Below are positions 41,338 through 54,075 of a DNA stretch of 64,000 bases, piece after piece. The stretch comes from Octopus sinensis. Lineage: Eukaryota. Position 1 is the first letter of the stretch. Every line of letters starts with the position of its first letter. The stretch is from assembly GCF_006345805.1 (NCBI RefSeq), contig NC_042999.1, forward strand, positions 103,230,001-103,294,000, in the 5' to 3' direction. Position numbers and translations under genes: made by a program. Below the pieces are notes generated by a model that saw nothing but the letters and a program-made list of their open reading frames with translations, was not told the DNA's origin and searched no databases.

Positions 41338-41456
41338 CTTTGCATTTTGGGCAGCATTCATTTGAAGAATAGTTTTTGCAGTTTACTACCACGGGTTCAG
41401 TGAAACAACTGACAATAACATTAGACTCAATGCACGATAAAATATTTGGCTCGTTT
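41338..41456 (-). CDS. Candidate Cys-rich exon (VWC-like C-terminal pattern)
   Basis: Acceptor TTTACTTTTATTAG, then NEPNILSCIESNVIVSCFTEPVVVNCKNYSSNECCPKCK; only a weak donor (AAAG|GTGGAT), or read-through into GGSAAFFNPGIMLDCLFL. Confidence 0.4.
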
Positions 41457-43252
41457 CTAATAAAAGTAAATTGATGTTCTACAATATGGGTCACTAATTC
41501 AGAAAATTATTAACTTCATACAGGTTAGCTTATTACATAACAAATTAATATACACCTAATTTAACACCATTCGGTTTGATTACATATTTCTTCCTTTAAT
41601 ACACATTACTGTCCACATCTCTTTTCAGTATTTGATATGTTTGTTGATTGTGACTATCGTTTGGTTGACCTTCCTGCTCAGTTATCGACTGTATTTTAGT
41701 CTTATAGACAGATACTGAGCTGATGTTAATGTTGAATAATTGTTAATGTCGCTGGTTTTTATATATTAAGGATTACTTTAGTTTCAGGAGAGGTTTTAAT
41801 CATTTTAGCTTATAGTTCTGTTTGTTTAATATGGAGGAATTTATCACGTCACTTTATTGCCTCTAATGTCCATTTGTAATAATGATGTGTCTGTAAAGTT
41901 CACTTTTATAGATATTCTCCATTAGACACATGGCGAAGTTCCCAGACATTCTTTAACTGCATAATATAATTGGATGCGGAACTGTTATCGAGATATACAA
42001 AATTCATATATATTCTCGTAAAAAAAAAAAAATGAACAAAACCGGAGAAATATACAAATTTTTGTATCTATATCTGTTGCCAAGATCGGAGTCTGGAGTA
42101 TAACAAATGGACTATGCCACTAAAACTTTTGAAAACTTCGGAGGATGTTTAAATCAGCAACAACTTCAGTTTCATTTTTAAAATATATTCAAATCGTTTA
42201 AACTACGAAATGATAAACATACTTACATCAGGATCATAATGCAATTCCGTAGTGCTGTTTGTAAGGAAACTGAATTAGTGACATGACTTGACTGAGCTGT
42301 CATTTTCTTGATAAATGCGTCGATTTGCACTTGAGCCGCTTCGAACTGCGACTGTTTCAAGCATGCTTTTCACATCGCGGATCAAATAGTTCAAAGATAT
42401 ATTAAAACATAAATTGTAGTTGTTGTTGTTTCATTTGTTCAGTATGACATGTTGATTCTCATCTGCAATTTGTTATACCTTTTTTGCTGTGTGTGTTTGT
42501 ATGTGTGTGTGTGTTTTATTACAGCATGCCTTCTTTCCGTTATACTCAAGACTCTGACTTTCATGAATATATTAGTGCCTAAAACTAATACATTCAGCGT
42601 GAGAACCACTACTCACTCAGTTATTGCTTTAAATTAGCTTACAAAGCACACCACAAATTGCACACTACCTTCTTATATAAGAACATATTGTATGACATAG
42701 TCTGAGATATACTGTGATACTGTACTTGAAAAGATGGTGTCCTGCTTAACTTTTGATCAGAACTCAACTCTGCTCACTGACTACTGAGTTGGACCTCAAC
42801 ATCAATAATGTGTAAATATTAATGATATCCATCTACCTTGATACAAATCCCTCCAGTTCTTATAAGCTTAGTTTAAGGACCCTAATAATCTTTAACAAGC
42901 CACGATTATTTCATAATAAAAAGGAAACTTCGGTTCACCATCGCTCTTGGCATTATTCTATTATCTTTCAGTCAGGAGGATTAACCGGACTCAGGACCAG
43001 TTATAGGGCTTCCAAGACCTGTCACAAATGATGGTGGAAAGGGGCGAATTGTTTAGAGGCTAAATGCCAATGCGGTGGTATCCAGAAGAGTTGGACAGAT
43101 AGTAGAGGCGAGTTGGTGTGTATGCATCGTGATTTCTGTTGATTTCTGGATTGATTTCTGGATTGTGTGAAGCTATGCATATTTGGGATGGTATGTATGT
43201 ATGTATTTATATATGTATGCATATATATATATATATATATGCGTATGTATGT

Positions 43253-43530
43253 GAGGGCGCATGGCCTAGAGATTTGAGGCATTGCACACAAGATCACGAG
43301 ATCGTGGGTTCGATTCCCTGATCGGGCGTGGTGTTGAGATCTTGAACAAAACACTATTTCACATTGCTTTCCGATCAATTCAATATCTCATATGTGGCAT
43401 TTTGTACATCTGTAGTAATGTCGATTTTATGAAGGAAGTGAGCTAATGTACAACACAAACAAATCATCTGTGCACGTTGTTCAGCTAGAAATTGCAGAAC
43501 CGTCTTTCTCGGACTCCGAGAGTCTACCAC
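43253..43530 (+). mobile_element. tRNA-derived SINE (family A)
   Basis: GAGGGCGCATGGCCTAG head and B-box GGTTCGATTCC; body similar to 956-1238. Confidence 0.8.
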
Positions 43531-43728
43531 TAAATATGTATGTATGTATATATGTATGTATGTATGTATTTATGTATGTATGTATGTATTATGTAGATAT
43601 TATGATATTATGTATAATGAAAATCCTATTTTCTTACCCAACCAATATACAATCATATACGTAATATCTGTCATTGATTAATAATGTTTCTCTTTTACTC
43701 ACTCCCTATATATATATATATATATATA

Positions 43729-43772
<44 letters not shown>

Positions 43773-44638
43773 TATACATACACTCTTCGGTAATTCTCCA
43801 TATATTACATAATATCAGCTCACTAACCAATGGTTTGTTTTCTTTATCTGATTGATTTTTGCGACGGAGTGAATGTACATATATCACCTAACAATATTGG
43901 ACACGGTCCAACTTGTATTGAATATGAATATACATATATGTAAGTGTTTGTGTGTGTAAATATACACACCGACATATGCATGTATGTATGAGTGCCTGTG
44001 CATAATATCGGAGAAACTACTAGAACACTGAAACGTATTTACAAAATACTTAATTTGGTACGTATTTACAAACGCGTGTGTCGGCGTGTGTGTGTACGTC
44101 TTTGTGAAATACTGAAGAAGGTCCTAGAGCATTCAATCTAATTTCTCAAACTACTTTTATTCTGTTTCTTTACTTATCTTATTGTCTGGGAAAAAGATCA
44201 AGTATAGATTGTGTTATAATTCGAGAAATAGCTGGCATTGTATAACTTCTACAACAATTTTATACACTTGCTTAAATGATTCGATTTGTGAAATCCCGAA
44301 GTGATGTAAACAAAAAGATTATATAACAGGAAACATTCTCGAAGTTGTTGACATAAAAGAAAACTATGGAGGCTCGAACAGCTTACATTGTTTAAATTAA
44401 AATAATTTTGTAATACTGAGTCTGCTTAATATTACTTAATATTAAAAGCTGAAATATGTTTAGTTTCCGATGCTGCATATCACATTTGCCTTCAGATATT
44501 TAATTTCAGCTCATATCCTCATATTCTTCTCACTTGTTCTTTTTAATATTTGATGTATCATATATTTATAAATATTCACATCTGCTTTATGTACGTCAGC
44601 TTTTGCATGTAAATAAATGTGTTGACATATGCATGCAT

Positions 44639-44718
<80 letters not shown>

Positions 44719-45337
44719 CACACATATATATGAATATACAGATGTGTGTGTGAGTATGCATGCATTTATGTATGTATGTATTTATATATATACACACAGG
44801 TACTGACTCAGAGTTGCATACATAAAGACATGTATATATGCGTGTGTGTGTGTGTATGTGTATATATATATATACGCAAGCATACACACTACACACACAC
44901 ACACACACACTCCTACGCACACGCACACATACACACACATGCGCACGCATTAATAGGTTATCTCTTGATTTTCTATTGCCTCTTCTTTTGTCTGCTGGGG
45001 CCAGGGAGGTAACTTAGGACAACGTTTAACCGCAGATATCATGAAAACGCTTATATTACTTCATCATTCTAAAATTTACAAATGTTCTCATGAATAACGT
45101 GATAGGAACAGGAAACTTCCAAAAGCGACGAGGAAAGTGAAGAATCATCATAATCCACAAGCGATGAGAAATTCTTTTCTTCGTTTTCATATGCAAAGGT
45201 GTTAAATAATGTATGTATGTATGTATGTATATATATATATGTATGTAAGCATCCTTGTATGTAAGCATCCATGTATGTATGCATCCATGTATGTATATCA
45301 TTATTAGTTTTATTTCAATATTTCCTACCACTGATAG

Positions 45338-45528
45338 CACGTCGGGCCTAATGCTTAGCAGTATTTTGCCTGTCTTTACGTTCTAAGTTCAGATTCTGCT
45401 GAGGTCGACTTTGATTTCATCCTTTCGGAATGGATAAATTAAGTGCCAGATGCGTATCGGGGTCGATTTAATCGACTGACCCCATCCCCAAAAATTTCAG
45501 GCCTTGTGCCTAGAGTAGAAAAGAATAT
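45338..45528 (+). mobile_element. SINE (family B)
   Basis: TTACGTTCTAAGTTCAGATTCTGCTGAGGTCGACTTTG..GGGGTCGATTTAATCGACT..GGCCTTGTGCC. Confidence 0.8.
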
Positions 45529-46325
45529 TTCTTACTAAAAGAGAAAGAGTCGGTTTCTAACATATATCCAAAGCTACATCCTATGTATGTATGTATGTAT
45601 GTATGTATGTATGTATGTATGTATGTATGTATGTATGTATGTATGCATTTATGTATGTATGTACGCATGCGTGTACACATGTATGTATGTGTGTATCTAT
45701 CTCGAGTAGAAGGCTGTAGTAGAAGAGAAATGCCCAAGGTGTCATGCAATAGAGTTGAACCTGGGACCATTTGGTTGAGAAGCAAACTTTTTACCGCACA
45801 GTCAAACCTGCACCTTATTTGCAGATAAAATATACCACCGTTACCACTCAAAGCGTTAGTATAATACAGAAGAAGATAGGAAGCAGAGCTTAAAGTATTT
45901 TATGTCCTTAAAACAAACAGCTAAGAACAAGAAATATTAATGTTCAAATGTAAACGGATTTCAATAATTTGGAAAAAACCTCTCTAGAGGAAGGATCCGG
46001 GAATATTTTATTTTTGCTTTTCTTTTGGTACAAAAAATACCTCTCGGCCACATACATTAATAAAGAAACAAAGAGACAAGTAACAGACTTAGATCCATAA
46101 GATCAATTAAGTAAATATTTTGGAAGATATACAAAACTACATCGCAGACATATAAACGTGCAATATTATATGTTTGTATATGTGTGTTTTAGAACAGGCA
46201 TAGCACCAGGAACATTACCGTTCAAATCACAACGAAATACACGAGTTGGATAGAGTGGATATATATTTCGTTTTGGGATTTGGTTTGCAAGATTCTTTAT
46301 GTGAGTTCGTATGTTGAAGCATATT

Positions 46326-46591
46326 CTGTTGTGTCTGGAGAGAGTTATTTCCTTTTCGTGCCTTATAATTTAACACACTCACCGGTAAAATTTCCACTTA
46401 TTTCTTATTTTTATTTTCCTAATATTTTCGTTGCGTCTTTCAACCTTTTCAAGAGTCAAGACTATTGGAAAGGTTACAAGACGCAACGAAAATTTTAGGT
46501 AAATAAAAATAAGAAATAAGTGGAAATTTTACCGGTGAGTGTGTTAAATTATAAGGCACAAAAATAAAATGACTCTCCCCAGACACAACAG
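46326..46591. repeat. 266-bp near-perfect palindrome
   Basis: Arms of about 132 bp around a 2-nt centre (46458-46459), e.g. GTGCCTTATAATTTAACACACTCACCGGTAAAATTTCCACTTATTTCTTATTTTTATTT and its exact reverse complement. Confidence 0.97.
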
Positions 46592-46599
46592 TATATATA

Positions 46600-46652
<53 letters not shown>

Positions 46653-46674
46653 ATATATGTAATATATATATATG

Positions 46675-46717
<43 letters not shown>

Positions 46718-46739
46718 GTATTATATATATATAATATAT

Positions 46740-46781
<42 letters not shown>

Positions 46782-46909
46782 ATACATATAAGGGGGATGA
46801 CCTAAGTGAACATCCATATGCTAGAAGTCGACTCCCTATGGTCTTACCACTAAGAAATGTGCTCTCAAGAAAATTTAGCAAACGCCAGCACGTAAGCGAG
46901 CAAGCCATC

Positions 46910-47325
46910 GGTTCTCATTCCTAAGGAATTTTTCAATGTTTTATCATTATTATTATTATATTATTATTATTATATTATTATTATTATTATTATTTAGGTC
47001 AAAGCCTGGAATGGTACTAGGAATCTTGGGTTAGTAGCCCGCGCTCTTAACCACTACGCCATATGCTCACGGGCATTCCAGGCAGTGACCTGAATAATAA
47101 TATAATAATAATAATAATAACAACAACAACAACATCGAATAATACCTTCGGAATGAGAACCCAGGTTCGAAATTTCTCCAAGACACCTGATGAAGGCTAG
47201 AGGGTATATCAGCCGAAACCTTGTGTTAACAACAAACAAGATGAGGACAAATATCCGTCAAATGTAAATAATGTAAATAACGTAAATAATGCACATAATT
47301 CCTCATCCCTTAAATATAGAACTGT
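46910..47325. mobile_element. Fold-back tRNA-headed element with a hammerhead-like motif
   Basis: Inverted arms 46910-47013 and 47074-47161 enclose a minus-strand tRNA-like head (TGGCGTAGTGGTTAAGAGCGCGGGCTACTAACCC); a hammerhead-like core follows on the + strand. Confidence 0.7.
47182..47228 (+). ncRNA. Minimal type I hammerhead ribozyme-like motif (cleavage triplet degenerate)
   Basis: GACAC-CTGATGA-A-GGCT[loop]AGCC-GAAAC-CTT-GTGTT: stems I and II and the core are present, but CTT replaces the expected GTH. Confidence 0.6.
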
Positions 47326-47349
47326 ATTAACCGGTTTTAGTGTATTTAT

Positions 47350-47505
47350 GTCCCTATAGCTGGGCGGTTCGGTAAAGAGATTGATAGAATACGCACTAGG
47401 CTTTAAAAAAGTATTGGGTTCGATTCGTTCGACTAAATCCTTGAAGCTGGTACCCCAGCATGGCCACAGCCTAATGATTGAAGCAAGTAACAGATAAAAG
47501 ATAGA
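47350..47505 (+). mobile_element. SINE fragment (family C)
   Basis: CGGTTCGGTAAAGAGATTGATAGAATA..CCCAGCATGGCCACAG..GATAAAAGATA tail. Confidence 0.7.
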
Positions 47506-49699
47506 AGATACTTTCCACCAAATTCTACAGTATTTCAAACATTTTATGAGTCATTAATTTCATGACATTAGTGCTTTATTTTTGACTTTTATTATTTTGT
47601 TCCATCTTCCACCATCTAATTAGATTTTCAGTTAGATCTCTATGCAGACATGGTTGTACAATGAAATAAAATTTTACTGCAAATAATCATAGTCCTAATT
47701 TGAACAATATTTAAGTTATGATCTCCAAGATTAACCCATTGTTAATGCCAAAATGTTTTGGCCTTACTGGTATTTGGAGAAAGAATTAAGTGACACATAA
47801 CCTCTCGTGGTTTGAAGAGAACAATTTATTCTTTTCTACTCTAGGCACAAAGCCCGCACTTTTGGAAGAGGGGCCAGTCGATTAGATCGACCCCAGTACG
47901 CAACTGGCTATTTGTCATTCATTCGATTATTACATTAGCGTTGTAAGCTTTTCCACCTTAAAGTTTTATTTCCGCCTTACTTTTCTAAGGGGAATCCCTT
48001 TCTTTTCTATTATCAGAATTCCAATACAAGAATTAAGATCCTTCATAAGTATTTAAGCTTATCTGCCACTCGTCTGTCTTATCGTGGTTGATTCGTTATA
48101 TTGTTCACTTATTCTGATTTCAATCTTACTGAACAAGCACCCTTCGCATAACCGCGATGATGTATGCTGAAAAGGGTTTTACTACTCATCAAGTTTCAGA
48201 AGTTTTTTTCTGATATAACTCATATTTCTACATCACAGATTAGATGGAATTTGTGATTTCGTTTTCCGACTGATCACTTATTATTTCTTTCTCAGTGTCT
48301 TATGATAATCTGCTGGTTTGAATAACGTTGTCAGCATCATTGTTTGCATGATAGTATGATGTATTTGACGGCTCAAGTATTTTGTCAGTATTTATGTCTG
48401 TATCTTGATCGAGTAGGAAACGGTTAGTTGTCTGAGAATAATTCGCTTCCCCTCAGCTAGCTGGACATCTGAATCACATTTTTTTTCATCATTACTTTCA
48501 CATGTCACGTTGTATTGTTAGCATATCTATGCAGTTTTCTTTCATCTTTCTTTAACACAGATATTCGTTCTTCAACGTTTCTTCTTGATCCTGACAACGC
48601 TTTTATATAATTCTTGAGTCCTGTTTTCTTTGTCACGAGCATATATCATATTCACTTTTCGTCTTACCACATTTTCGCCAACCGTATTATACATGCATAC
48701 ATCCATTTCATCTATACACTCATATTACACATGTACAAACACACATACTCATACAAACGTACATATAAATGTACATACATACAAACACACACAAACACAC
48801 GTGCACACATAAGTGGTATATCTTACTACTTAGCAACAAAGCCGAGTACATGTAACTCATTATATATACATTACACACACATACACACACAAACACATAC
48901 ACACAAACACACACACACAGATAATGGCAAGCATGCATACATACATGTGTATACTGGGAAAACTTTTAGCAGTTACCTTTCCTGCATTTTATTTTTTCTG
49001 TTTTTTTTTTGTCAAGCTTTTCTAACCTATTATGTTAAAGCTGTTATTTTATAAGGAAAATGCTATCTTATTTATACCTTCTACACCCACTATCTCTTTT
49101 CTATCACTGAACTCCGAATTTAATTTTAAGTTGCCTAATATGCCATAATCTTTCTTAATTTTTTCCCTAATTTCTGTGAGTTGCATTTTAACGGTTTCAT
49201 CTCTTTATTCTTATAGATGGTCTTGGATTAAACTTTGCACAATTTTTAGCACGATAATCCCTGTAAATATTTTCACACCTCCATATAAAGTATATCACTT
49301 ATAAGTTTTCCTTAGCATCTGAACGCTATGGTAGTATTTTTTTATGAAATCGCTTCTAGACCAAAGTGCAAATGGCTTAATGATTCCCTCCAAAGATACC
49401 GCTTCCTATGTACATAGCTCTGTTCTTATTTATCTCTTATCTGTCTTGATGGTATGGCTGGGTTTTGTTAACGATAGCATTGTTAAAATAGACTGTATCG
49501 TATTCTTGAGAGCGGCATGCTCTCAAATAAATCATTCGATAATTAAGCCAAGGCAAGTTAAATTTTGTTTTCCTCCTTTTACTCCATTACATTATCGATC
49601 GTTCGACTAGAAGCTATTCTTTATAACCGTACATTCCTTTCTAGCACTTGCTTATCCTGATGCACTATACACTGTTTAACCACTAAATTGAACAGTATC

Positions 49700-51400
49700 G
49701 ATGTCAGAGTTTTCTATGCTGTTGGCAAACAACAAATTATAGAAATTATGGAAGCCTATAACATTGTGGGTATCTAGTATCTTTACTTTGGAAGATTTGT
49801 TTGACTTTCCTCTACTACTGTTGGTGTCGATTGTGGACTGCTTATCCGTTTTACCAGTTCATTGAATGTTATTGCTATAAACCGAACTGTACTGATCGTT
49901 AGGGATATTTTAAACTCCAGTTGCTTGGAAGTTTTAATGTGTTGGGGAATTCCTTGTTGGTTATAGTGGACTAATATATCGGCACTCTTAAGCTTTTTTC
50001 TCCTATCTTATACTTGTAGTTTGTTTAAAAACTGAAAAGTGTTTTTACGCGTTTTGCACTTATTCTTACTGTTCTAATAATAGTCTACTCTATATTTATG
50101 TCGCCGAACAACAGATGTTTCACAATAATTTTCTAGTAGTATGAGACATCATACTACCCTATATTGGTGATAAATATTACCTTTCTTTATCAAAATTTTG
50201 ACGGCGTATTCTAACTGTTATTATTTTACTTGTTTTCTCCGTCTAGTTTAGCTAATCTACTTATGGTCCAGTCGAAGCTATTATAAATATAACTCACTGG
50301 TGAGACAGCCTTTAGTATTTTAAGTATTAATCTAATGCATCTATAATAATTCTTTCCTAAAATTCCCATTATTTCTGTGAGTCGTATACTGTCTAGTTTA
50401 TTAATTCGTACGTATTTGTAAGTCTGTGTTTTATCTAATTCTATTATCCTTCTATTATTTTTTCATCTTGCATTGACATTAGTATTTTCAATTCATTTTC
50501 CTCTCTTCAACACTGCCTTGGTACATTTTTTTCTAATTCGAATTTTGAAGAAAATCTCTAGCTAGCTGAATTAATATCTCTAGATGTGTTTAGATGTTTA
50601 TCATTGACTGCGTACAAAATGTGCTCATACATATCAACGAGATGCCTGATTGTCCTCATATAAATAAATAAATACACCCTTTTAAAGCTAAGCCAGGCTC
50701 ATGGGCCTGGTTTCCCGGTTTCAATGGCGTATGTGTTTCCCAGCTGGACGGGACACCAGTCCATCGCAGCGTTACTCATTTTTGCCCAGCTGAGTGGACT
50801 GGAGCAACGTGAAATGAAGTGTTTTGCTCAAAAACATAACACGTCGCCCGGTCCAGGGATCGAAACCACAATCTTACGATCATGATGCTGACACCCTAAC
50901 CACTAAAGCAACGCGCCTCCTCGATTGTCCTCACATAACGTTTCTATTCGATCTTAGTCTTATTTAAGATGGGTTTTTTTAAGTACTTACACCCATCTCC
51001 TGTTTATTACTGGCAATTTTCTTGTGTAATTCACCTTTGTTCTATCCCCAACGTGTTGAACATTTGTTACCAACAAAAGAATTCATCATAATTATCATCA
51101 TCCTCATCCAATTGGACTTATATCATGCAAGTTATGTAATTCAAGTGGAATGCTGTTGGTTACACTAAAGCAGCTCCCATCTTTTATTTCTCATCAAAAC
51201 AAATATTTTCATTGTTGAGATTATGTTTAATTTAGTGACAGAAAAGCAATGATACCTTTAGTGGTACGTCTGCCTTGAATACAGAGGGTACGTAGTTCAG
51301 GTGTCATCTTTTCTATCCAGCGTATTATCGGGTAATACTTACATCTGAATCCACTTTGAGACACGTCGTTAATAATGTCTTATTCACATATTTCCCCGAA
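49700..51400 (-). mobile_element. Highly decayed R4/Dong-like retroposon (RT region), interrupted by a SINE
   Basis: Minus strand reads IRHLVDMYEHILYAVND, FELEK.CTKAVLKRGK and IIELDKTQTYKY, resembling the HLLYMDDLKLYA, FGLEKCA and YKYLG motifs of RLE-clade RTs. Confidence 0.6.
50660..50922 (-). mobile_element. Intact tRNA-derived SINE with target-site duplication
   Basis: Head GGAGGCGCGTTGCTTTAGTGG, B-box GGTTTCGATCCC and (TTTA)n tail; GATTGTCCTCA is duplicated at 50648-50658 and 50923-50933. Confidence 0.92.
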
Positions 51401-53427
51401 CTCCTACATTTGTGTTCTAAAAGCAAAAGTTTCAGTATATTATTATCTTCATTATTGACACACTGGATGTGCAGCATACATAAATGTCATATTTACTAGT
51501 CGATGAATACTGCAATTAAAAAGGGGAAATGAATATATACATTGTTTGCGTGAAAATGAATGTATATCGTAAGCATGAATATTAGTAGAAAGGCATTTAA
51601 GAAGAGCTACAAGTTATCATTTATGCACACATCGTCAGTCTATGTAGCTTTGCTCCAAGAAAAGAAATATAGCTACAATTCCCATGCTACTTGTATTTAA
51701 AAACATTACTAATGCATATCACTAAAGCTTTGGTTCTGCAGAAGGTCTCAAGTAGAAATAATAGCTGCGATTTAACGCATGGGTACAAACATATCTGTCT
51801 AATTAAGAAGTTCAGCTTGCAATTAAATGTTTCCCGCTCAATACCAGTGCGTAGTATACAAGATAAAAGCTTGAAAAACGAAAACTATTTGGAAGCCCGT
51901 CAGAAGGAATTATCATTGTTCTTAAGTGGCAGACATTTGTTGCCCCATTGAAAACACGCATCTAGTTCTTTGTTACTTTTTAACAGAGCCCACTCAGTCC
52001 GATCTGAAGACATCTTTCTCTTTTTCTTGTTTTCAGCTCTCATTTGATGTGAAAAGAGGTATGGATGAGGTCCTTACCTCTTATTCAAAGCAGGAATAGA
52101 AGACAGAAAGTTATTAACAGCACAGCCTTGCATCTAGTTGCATTTAATAAAGTTTATCCCCCAGACGGGCAGAGTTTAGCACTCAGACAAGTTTTGTTAC
52201 TCTTTTCCACCCAAGTATTTTTCTAATGCTATATGCTATTATTTTGAGTAAGTAGAATCGCTACAGCATCGAATAAGTGCTTTGTGGCACATGTTCTAGC
52301 TTCCTACATTCTGGCCCCCAAATTCTGCTGAGGTCAGCTTTGCTTTTCATTCTTTCGGTATCGATAAAATATAGAATTATTCGAGTACTGGAGCGAAGTG
52401 ATCGACAAACCCCTTTCACTCAAAACTGTTGGACCAAATCAAAAATCATTATTTATAGCTGATTTAGCTTCGAGAAATATCGTTAATAAAGACTTATTTG
52501 CACGTTTCTCAACTCTTCTACAGTTACGCTCTAAATGTAATCGTTTTTGTTTAGAAATCAGTGGTGTTGGTCTCACCATTCTGGAAGGCTGGGCAAATAT
52601 CGGGTTTACTACCCCACAACTCCCGTTCTTTTGAATAACTTCATACAAGAAAACAACGACTGAAAGAAACGGCTTTTGAATATTTTGACTGACCGAAAGT
52701 TCTTAAGTGATTTTATTCTTAAACTAAAATAAAGATTCGGATTTAACTTTTCATTGTCTGCTAATTAATTAAGATAGGTAGAAATTAAATTTGGAGTCGA
52801 ATTTCTGCTTTCGTTTAAGAGACACAACTAGCTAGGATATATTTAAAACGAGAACAATTAATTCATAATTACTTGGGGTGAGGAGGGCATCTCTCTTGTA
52901 GATTATACACGCTGGTAAATAAACGTACGCAAAAGAAAATATAGTTTAACCAAATAAATGATAAATCTTCATTCTGTCTAAGCCTACCGTTGTAATCAAT
53001 AACTAATCAATATATTAGCACGTTTAGATCTACCACAGTAAACGTGAACAAGAACGAAGCTACGTATTCGTAAACAAAGTGAATAATATAGATCTAACAT
53101 ATTTTCTGATTATTGCGTGGTATATGTGTATTTGCATATATATCTATATATGTATATGTGCATTTGTATGTGTATGGGTGTATTTAATACGACTCGCGCT
53201 GTGCCTCGCATCAGTCTGTCTATGCCTTCCATGTCTGCTACTGGGCAGTCATCTGTTTTTGTCAAGCATGTGTGCATCAGAAGCACTGATTATAAATATA
53301 TATTGTTTTGTAACCTGAAACATTGTGCCTTAAAGTTATTCGTTTCTTTTTTCTTCTTTTTTACTTTCAATATTTTCGTTACAGTAATCTCTACAAGAAT
53401 TCTAAACACACACACACATACGAATAT

Positions 53428-54075
53428 AGGCGCAAGCATGTGTGGTTAGATGCTTGTTTTCCAACCGCATAGTTCCTGGTTCAGTTCCACTGCGTGGCAC
53501 CTTGGGCAATTGCCTTCTACTATAGCCTCGGGCCGATCAAAGGCTTATAAGTGGATTTGGTAAACGGAAACTGGAAGAAGCCCGTCGTATATATAATAAT
53601 GATTACAGTAATAATAATGGACTCTCCCGTCGTTAGACGATGAATGAGGGTTCGGCAATTTCTTGTCGAACAACCACACAGATGATTTGTTAATTGTGAT
53701 CAAATGTTTGTGTACACATAAGCTCACTCCCGCCATCAAATCAGCATTACCTGAACAGGTGCACCGTGTGCCACATGACAGGTGACGAAATGATTGCAGA
53801 GCGAGAAAGTGTTTTGCTCAAGAACACAACGCAACGCACGATCCGGGAATCGATCTCACGATCTCGCAACCGTGAGTGTGACTATATATGTATGTATATA
53901 TATATACTTGTGTGTGTGTGTTTGTCTGTGTTTGTCCCTCCATCACCGCTTGACTACAGAATAAGTAGTAGGCTTTAAAATATGTCGTGGGGGCGATTTG
54001 CTTGAATAAAGCCTTCAAGACGGTGCTCCAGCACGGTCGCAGTCAAATGACTGAAACAAATGAAAGAATAAAAGA
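53428..54075. mobile_element. Cluster of SINEs (D +, A -, C +)
   Basis: 53428-53590 resembles 21490; 53625-53875 is the reverse of family A; 53930-54075 ends with the GGTGCTCCAGCACGGTCGCAGTCAAATGACTGAAAC tail. Confidence 0.8.

Noticed and set aside
47003-47069. Functional tRNA gene
   Set aside because: B-box/T-arm degenerate and acceptor stem not formed; treated as a SINE head, as are the other tRNA-like heads.
52078-52222. Minus-strand KTCLSAKLCPSGG*..AVLLITFCLLFLL* GPI-like tail
   Set aside because: In-frame stop, poor acceptor, and hydrophobicity explained by T-richness.
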